From Candidatus Electronema aureum (lineage in GTDB: Bacteria; Desulfobacterota; Desulfobulbia; Desulfobulbales; Desulfobulbaceae), in NCBI GenBank assembly GCA_004284765.1, contig NQJD01000058.1, positions 1 through 10,063 on the forward strand: a stretch of 10,063 bases of DNA. Direction: 5' to 3'. A model generated the notes under the pieces. The model had not been told where the DNA came from and did no database searches. It saw only the letters and a program-made list of their open reading frames with translations. The position numbers were made by a program, and so were the translations under genes. Shown here in pieces: positions 1 to 4,282 of this stretch (the first letter of the stretch is position 1; the number at the start of each line of letters is the position of its first letter).

Positions 1-85
1 GTAAGGTGTCATAATCTGCTGTCCGAACCGGATCATCCGGCATGGTGAGGGCGTTCGGCTTTGGCCGCCATTGCACTGTTTTCAT
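1..85 (-). CDS. Partial CDS (first 28 codons; continues beyond window start). Small protein with similarity to the extreme C-terminal (post/late COR-B) tail of the two ROCO proteins.
   Basis: Reverse-complement reads ATG(85..83) MKTVQWRPKPNALTMPDDPVRTADYDTL. An AGGAGA Shine-Dalgarno sits about 7 nt upstream (rc of 92-97). Residues 13-28 (LTMPDDPVRTADYDTL) align with ELIPMPDEPYITADYETL of the 793-aa protein and GIPLPDTPSIIADYNTL of the 678-aa protein. It is too short to appear in the ORF track because it is truncated by the window edge. Confidence 0.45.
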   Translation of the reverse strand, partial: MKTVQWRPKPNALTMPDDPVRTADYDTL

Positions 86-146
86 GGTAGGTCTCCTGTT
101 GGGTTGAGGGGTGTTGTGGCGTAAGGGCGAAAGATTTTTCGCCTCT
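86..146 (-). repeat. Intergenic module copy 1, start-proximal half. Contains a degenerate hairpin and is interrupted by the IS at 147.
   Basis: GTTGTGGCGTAAGGGCG (113-129) matches GTTGATGGCGTAAGGGCG (1761-1778). Stem GGCGAAA (126-132) pairs with TTTCGCC (137-143) around loop GATT. The outer part of the arm is lost or diverged exactly where the IS left end begins. Confidence 0.6.
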
Positions 147-163
147 AGACCTCTTGCATAAGT
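147..163. repeat. IS left terminal inverted repeat (IRL)
   Basis: AGACCTCTTGCATAAGT is the exact reverse complement of 1011-1027. Confidence 0.85.
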
Positions 164-188
164 AAAATTTATATGCTAACGATAGTGA

Positions 189-1011
189 ATGAAATACGAA
201 ACAGTGCATATCCTCAGAGAAGAAGATTGTAAACGGTCAACAGGTGTTCAGCGTTCGACCTTCGCCAAGATGCTTGAGGTTGTCGAGCAAGGGCTGCGCA
301 ATTTTGACAGACCGCCAAAATTGGGCCGGGCCGATCAGCTCCTGCTGACCTTGATGTATTGGCTCGAATATCGGACTGAATTTCACATTGGCCTTGCTTA
401 TGACATCAGCGAGTCGGCGGTGTGCCGGACGATTAAAAAGATTGAAAACGCACTCATTAAGTCGGAGCAATTTCATCTACCCAATAAAAAAGCACTTCAG
501 TCCGACAGCATGAAATTTGAAATTATCCTTGTTGATGCCACAGAACAACCGATTGAACGCCCAAAAAAAACAGCGGCAGCATTACAGCGGCAAAAAAAAG
601 TGCCATACTCAGAAAGCGCAGATAATTGCAGAGATGGATACTGGAATGATTCTTGCTGCCGCCTTTTGCACAGGGAGGAAACATGATTTTCAGCTTTTCC
701 AAGAAAGCGGAATCAAATTACCGCCGCATGTCGTGCTGCTGGCAGATGCTGGTTATCAAGGCGTGGCTAAAATACATCCCAACAGTCAGACATCGTTCAA
801 AAAAACTAAACTGCATCCGTTAGACAAAGAACAAAAAACGAGCAACAGGGCTTTATCTCGGAAACGTATTGTGATTGAACATATTTTCCGCAAACTCAAA
901 GTGTTCCGTATTTTGAGCGAACGGTATAGAAACAGGAAAAAGCGTTTCGGTCTCCGCTTTAGCTTGATCGCCGCCGTCTATAACATGGAGCTGAAAATTG
1001 CTTGCGGATGA
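189..1011 (+). CDS. IS5-family DDE transposase (N-terminal HTH plus Harbinger/PIF-like DDE core), encoded in two overlapping frames. It needs a +1 shift (or one fewer A) to be contiguous.
   Basis: The frame of 189 gives an HTH-like N-terminus (LTLMYWLEYRTEFHIGLAYDISESAVCRTIKKIE) and the first catalytic D (ILVDATEQPIERPKK). The frame of 517 continues with QRQHYSGKKKCHT, GRKHDFQLF, LLADAGYQG (second D), RIVIEHIFRKLKVFRIL (E) and YRNRKKRF. These motifs are typical of IS5-family/DDE_Tnp_4-type transposases. The junction is at the A8 run 563-570. Confidence 0.8.
563..570 (+). other. A8 homopolymer at the transposase frame junction (frameshift, slippage or mutation site)
   Basis: The upstream frame reads CCA AAA AAA ACA. 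The downstream frame reads CAA AAA AAA CAG CGG CAG CAT TAC (QRQHYSGKKK). Seven A residues instead of eight would give a single contiguous ORF. A second A8 run lies at 593-600. Confidence 0.6.
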
Positions 1012-1027
1012 CTTATGCAAGAGGTCT
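1011..1027. repeat. IS right terminal inverted repeat (IRR)
   Basis: ACTTATGCAAGAGGTCT is the exact reverse complement of 147-163. Confidence 0.85.
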
Positions 1028-1056
1028 TCTGTAGGAATCATCTTCAGAGGCACCCA
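1028..1056 (-). repeat. Intergenic module copy 1, stop-proximal half (separated from its other half by the IS)
   Basis: TCTTCAGAGGCACCCATCA (1041-1059, ending in the vapC stop) aligns with TCCTCAGAGGTGCCTTTCA (1806-1824) and TTCTCAAGGGTGCCCATCA (4267-4285). Each ends at the stop codon of the upstream gene. Confidence 0.55.
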
Positions 1057-1484
1057 TCAGCACGCTTTGTATGGATTGCAGACTGTCAAAGTGCCGTTGA
1101 CAGTCAGGCCGTCCTGCATGTCCTCAGACAGAAACCAGCGGCAGCCCATGTCCAAGGCGCATTGCACATGCAGGGAATCATAGGGGGAGAGCTTGTATCT
1201 GTCGCACAGCTCCTTGCCCGCAGGATGACAGCCGGGGTGACGGCCATTGGCTGCCATGCCTCCAGCAGACGGATGAACTGCCTGCGCGCCTCTTTGTCAA
1301 CAAGATGGGGGAACTTCCTCACCATGACGTTGCGCCATTCAGAAAGCACCTGCACGGAGATGCGCCCCATGCCCGTCTGAGCGAACGCCGAGACGCGCTG
1401 CTTGTCTGCCGCATTGCTGTCGTGCAGATAGACAAAAATGTTGGTGTCCAAATAGCAGACATCGCGTAGGATGCTATCGTTCAT
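1057..1484 (-). pseudogene. vapC: PIN-domain VapC-like toxin, disrupted by a 1-nt frameshift
   Basis: The N-terminal frame (ATG at 1484) gives MNDSILRDVCYLDTNIFVY..VQVLSEW, then becomes nonsense after ..PAVILRA. The C-terminal PIN consensus KELCDRYKLSPYDSLHVQCALDMGCRWFLSEDMQDGLTVNGTLTVCNPY lies in a second frame (ORF 1057-1257). The frames meet near 1213-1220, where CTGCGGGCAAGGAGCTG would read LRAKEL with one extra base. Confidence 0.8.
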
Positions 1485-1743
1485 TCATCTCCTCGCGGCT
1501 CAGTTTGTTGTCCGCCCAGTTGAGCGGAAAGGTCGGGGGGCTGCTGAAGTATTCCGCCGCCTGCTGGTGCAGCACCTTTTCCCGTGTCTGCCGCCGCTGC
1601 CTGATCAGCAGCTCAAGGCTGGCCGCATCGTCGGTGAGCCAGCTGTTGAGCAGCTGCGCCGCTGCCTGCTTCTCCGCTGTTGTCGCGATGCGGTACCGCC
1701 GGGCCGCCAAGGGGTCAATGTGCTCAATCCTCAAGCTGCTCAT
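1474..1743 (-). CDS. Putative antitoxin partner of the PIN toxin (VapB-like by position; family not recognised)
   Basis: An 89-aa ORF lies directly upstream of the PIN gene and overlaps it by 11 nt (its stop is 1474-1476; the toxin ATG is at 1484). An AGGAG Shine-Dalgarno lies upstream of the ATG at 1743. Size and arrangement are typical of type II TA operons. Confidence 0.55.
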   Translation of the reverse strand: MSSLRIEHIDPLAARRYRIATTAEKQAAAQLLNSWLTDDAASLELLIRQRRQTREKVLHQQAAEYFSSPPTFPLNWADNKLSREEMNER

Positions 1744-1821
1744 GATCTTGCTCCTGTGGAGTTGATGGCGTAAGGGCGGTTCGCGAACCGCCCTTACAGA
1801 AATAATCCTCAGAGGTGCCTT
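1744..1821 (-). repeat. Intergenic module copy 2 (78 nt) with a perfect 28-nt palindrome
   Basis: GTAAGGGCGGTTCGCGAACCGCCCTTAC occupies 1770-1797. It lies 24 nt after the stop of the 793-aa gene and 26 nt before the antitoxin ATG. No U-tract follows on either strand. Confidence 0.75.
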
Positions 1822-4203
1822 TCATCTTCTTGCCTGCTGCTGTCGCTGTTTATCCCAAACCCGTATTTGTTTGAACAGTTCAGCAAGGTTCATTTCAACA
1901 GATGTGGGTGCGAGCGGCTTATCAAAAAAGTCATTAACTGTTGTCATGAAGGATTTCTTCTCGTCCGGCTGCAAGTTCATCTTCTCTGGAATCACAGACA
2001 GCTCTTTCGCATTCTTCGGCTGCACCAAGCCGAGCAGCTTACTCACGCTGTATTCCTTGTTTGAACCCGCCGGAAAATAGACATCAATCAGTCGGCCAGC
2101 ATATTTCAGCAGGGTCTCATAGTCAGCGGTGATATATGGCTCATCAGGCATTGGTATCAGCTCCATGGCCTTGATCTTCTCAAACTTACCGTTGATATCG
2201 GCAAACAGGTAGCGGAGATAGTGCAGATACTCCCTGCGGCGTTTGCCCTGCACCCAGATATTGATCCGCCGCGCCTCGTGATCAGCCTTGACCACCGCCT
2301 CGCTGCCGCTCTCCTTGTCGTGTAGCACCACGCCGGTGCGCCAGCAGGTTTTCGCCTTGATGTCCTTATGCACCTTGACCATGAAGCGGGGGAAGACCGA
2401 AGGCGGTAGGAAGTCAGGATAATGGAGGGCAAAACGGAGCGAGTCGCTGTAGTCGAAACTGAATTCCGGTTCCGGCACACGGAGGAGCTGCGGGATGAGG
2501 ACAGCCTCCTCGCCGAAGGGGTAGCACAGCTTGAACTTCTTCATCAACTCAATAAGATAAGCGTGCGTGTGCGCAGGGTAAGAGTATTTTTCATATCTAC
2601 CATGCCGCAGGATGTTCCGCAAACTGTCAAAGCGGAGTATCCCCTTGCTGGCCGCCAGTTCCTCGGCAGTGAGGATTGTATAGACAGCATTGGTGACCCA
2701 AATTGGGTCCAGCACGTGCATAGCATCCAAGATATAATCCTTGAAATGCACCGCTACTCCGAGATCATGGAGGAAATCAAGCAGCGTCTCGCTGCTTTGC
2801 TCATTGGCAATGCCTGCCTCTGCGCAATAGCCCTTGTACTCCTTCGCGCTGATATAGGGCTTATCCATCTGCTCCAGCCTGCGCTTGACAGTAAACCAGG
2901 TACCGGGCCAGCTAATGCCGATCATCTCGACCTTAGGCAGCTCTGCTATGAGTGCCTCTTTTAACTGGGCAATGCCCTTGCCGGTCTTGCAAGAGGCGTG
3001 GAAGAATGCCTGTATACCGGGATATTTTTCCCGCAGGAAAGGACGGTTAATATCGAATCCTGGGTTGGCATCCTGCTTGTTCAGCACAATCAGCACCGGC
3101 GAGTTCCCGCCGAAAGATTCTATGTGCCGCAGCCAGTATTCCGCCCGTTCATCCTTGCGACCATCGAGCACGAGGACATACAGGCTCCGCTTGGACAGGA
3201 AGAACTGGTGCGTGGCGTGCATGATCTCTTGGCCGCCGAAGTCCCATACATTGATCCTGATCCGCTGGCCGTCAGCCTCCACTTCCCAGCCCCGGATGCT
3301 GATGCCATGCGTCGTGTCCTCTTGTTCATCAAATGATTGGCCGAGGAGCTGCTTGACTAAGGAGGTCTTGCCTACTGCCCCGTCTCCGACCAAAAGCAGC
3401 TTCACCTCATTGAGAGACTGCTTGCTTTTTTCCAGTTCACTGAAGTACTGGCGTATCGCCCCAATTCCCTTCTCAGTGATTTCTTGTGGCGGGGAGATGA
3501 GGGGATTATTGGCAATGCCGAGATGTTTCAGCTTCATCAGGAGGCAGATTTCAGGCGGCAGGACAGCAAGTTGATTGTCGTTAAGGTAAAGCTCGATTAG
3601 ATTTTTCAGGTGGCAGATTTCAGGTGGCAGGGAGGCGAGTTGGTTACTGCGAAGGTCAAATACGGTTAATTTCGTTATCTGGCAGATTTCATACGGCAGG
3701 GATATTAACTGGTTGCTGCGGAAATGAAGTGTGGCCAGCTTCGTTATCTGGCAGATTTCTCGTGGCAGTGTAGCAAACAGGTTGCTGCTAAGGTCAAGCG
3801 TAGTCAGCTTCGTTAGCTGGCGTATTTCCGGCGGCAGAGTGGTGAGTTGGTTAATACCGAGGTTAAGCCAAATCAGACTGGTGAGCTGAAACAGTTCCTG
3901 CGGCAGGATGGCAAGCAGGTTGCTGCTGAGGTTAAGCGTGGTTAAATTCTTTAGCTGGCAGATTTGAGGCGGCAGAGTGGCAAGCATATTGCCGCTAAGG
4001 TCAAGCGTAGTCAGCTTTGTTAGTTGGCAAATTTCCTGCGGCAGGTTGGTGAGTTGGTTAATACCGAGGTTAAGCTCAGTCAGGCTGGTGAGCTGAAACA
4101 GTTCCTGCGGCAGGGTGGCAATTCCATTCCCGCTGAGGTCAAGCTCAGTCACCCCACTTGCCTTAGCATCTTCTATCACCTTCAGCAGTTCTTCGTTCGT
4201 CAT
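1822..4203 (-). CDS. ROCO-type GTPase A: 10 leucine-rich repeats, a Roc (Ras-of-complex) G domain, a COR domain and a C-terminal tail; 793 aa
   Basis: Residues 18-247 are ten 23-aa LRRs (LxxLxLxxNxLxxLPxEIxQLxx). Roc motifs are GDGAVGKT (P-loop, nt 3364-3387), DFGGQ, NKQD and SCK. COR-like blocks are WFTVKRRL, ETLLDFLHDLGVAVHF, LIPQLL, FLPPSVFPRFMVKVH and WRTGVVL. No kinase or other enzymatic effector domain is recognisable. Confidence 0.9.
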   Translation of the reverse strand: MTNEELLKVIEDAKASGVTELDLSGNGIATLPQELFQLTSLTELNLGINQLTNLPQEICQLTKLTTLDLSGNMLATLPPQICQLKNLTTLNLSSNLLAILPQELFQLTSLIWLNLGINQLTTLPPEIRQLTKLTTLDLSSNLFATLPREICQITKLATLHFRSNQLISLPYEICQITKLTVFDLRSNQLASLPPEICHLKNLIELYLNDNQLAVLPPEICLLMKLKHLGIANNPLISPPQEITEKGIGAIRQYFSELEKSKQSLNEVKLLLVGDGAVGKTSLVKQLLGQSFDEQEDTTHGISIRGWEVEADGQRIRINVWDFGGQEIMHATHQFFLSKRSLYVLVLDGRKDERAEYWLRHIESFGGNSPVLIVLNKQDANPGFDINRPFLREKYPGIQAFFHASCKTGKGIAQLKEALIAELPKVEMIGISWPGTWFTVKRRLEQMDKPYISAKEYKGYCAEAGIANEQSSETLLDFLHDLGVAVHFKDYILDAMHVLDPIWVTNAVYTILTAEELAASKGILRFDSLRNILRHGRYEKYSYPAHTHAYLIELMKKFKLCYPFGEEAVLIPQLLRVPEPEFSFDYSDSLRFALHYPDFLPPSVFPRFMVKVHKDIKAKTCWRTGVVLHDKESGSEAVVKADHEARRINIWVQGKRRREYLHYLRYLFADINGKFEKIKAMELIPMPDEPYITADYETLLKYAGRLIDVYFPAGSNKEYSVSKLLGLVQPKNAKELSVIPEKMNLQPDEKKSFMTTVNDFFDKPLAPTSVEMNLAELFKQIRVWDKQRQQQARR
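3463..4152 (-). repeat. Ten tandem 69-bp coding repeats (LRR array of ROCO A), including a 207-bp higher-order duplication
   Basis: The repeats are in frame with a 23-codon period. Segments 3788-3907 and 3995-4114 align at an offset of exactly 207 bp, with about 11 mismatches in 120 bp by eye. Confidence 0.9.
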
Positions 4204-4282
4204 GGCCTGCGCCTCAGTGGTGTTTTCAGCGTAGGGGCAAAAAATCTTTTGCCCCTACATGCGCCATTCTCAAGGGTGCCCA
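4204..4282 (-). repeat. Intergenic module copy 3 (79 nt) with a 12-bp stem / 4-nt loop hairpin
   Basis: GTAGGGGCAAAA-AATC-TTTTGCCCCTAC occupies 4231-4258. It lies 24 nt after the stop of the 678-aa gene and 27 nt before the ATG of the 793-aa gene. This is the same geometry as copy 2, with compensatory base changes in the stem. Confidence 0.75.

Larger units (their letters stand above)
147..1027 (+). mobile_element. IS5-family insertion sequence, 881 bp (small IS427/IS1031-like type)
   Basis: Perfect 17-bp terminal inverted repeats: AGACCTCTTGCATAAGT (147-163) and ACTTATGCAAGAGGTCT (1011-1027). TCT occurs on both flanks (144-146 and 1028-1030), a putative 3-bp target-site duplication. The element encloses a two-frame DDE transposase whose stop codon lies in the right IR. 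It is visibly more AT-rich than its flanks. Confidence 0.85.

Noticed and set aside
998-1773. Plus-strand ORFs 998-1183, 1015-1380, 1471-1773 and 1505-1765.
   Set aside because: They are antisense shadows of the vapBC-like genes. They lack Shine-Dalgarno sequences and recognisable motifs, and the minus-strand frames explain the region.
1770-1797. Perfect 28-nt palindrome considered as a rho-independent terminator or an integron attC site (likewise 4231-4258).
   Set aside because: No U/T tract follows on either strand. No GTTRRRY/RYYYAAC core sites flank it and no integrase is present. It is better described as part of a repeated intergenic module.
2422-3574. Plus-strand ORFs 2422-2964 (180 aa), 2885-3574 (229 aa) and 2998-3336, together with the similar ORFs 5024-5497, 4024-4573, 1867-2080 and minus-frame ORFs 2157-2480, 2544-2726, 3120-3332, 5407-5625.
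   Set aside because: All lie entirely inside the two ROCO genes, either antisense or out of frame. They have low-complexity Arg/Ser/Cys-rich translations and no motifs, while the ROCO frames carry unmistakable domain signatures.
3463-4152. Regularly spaced 69-bp repeats that could superficially suggest a CRISPR-like or other non-coding array (also 5924-6268).
   Set aside because: The repeats are contiguous with no unique spacers. They are in frame within long ORFs and translate to canonical 23-aa leucine-rich repeats.
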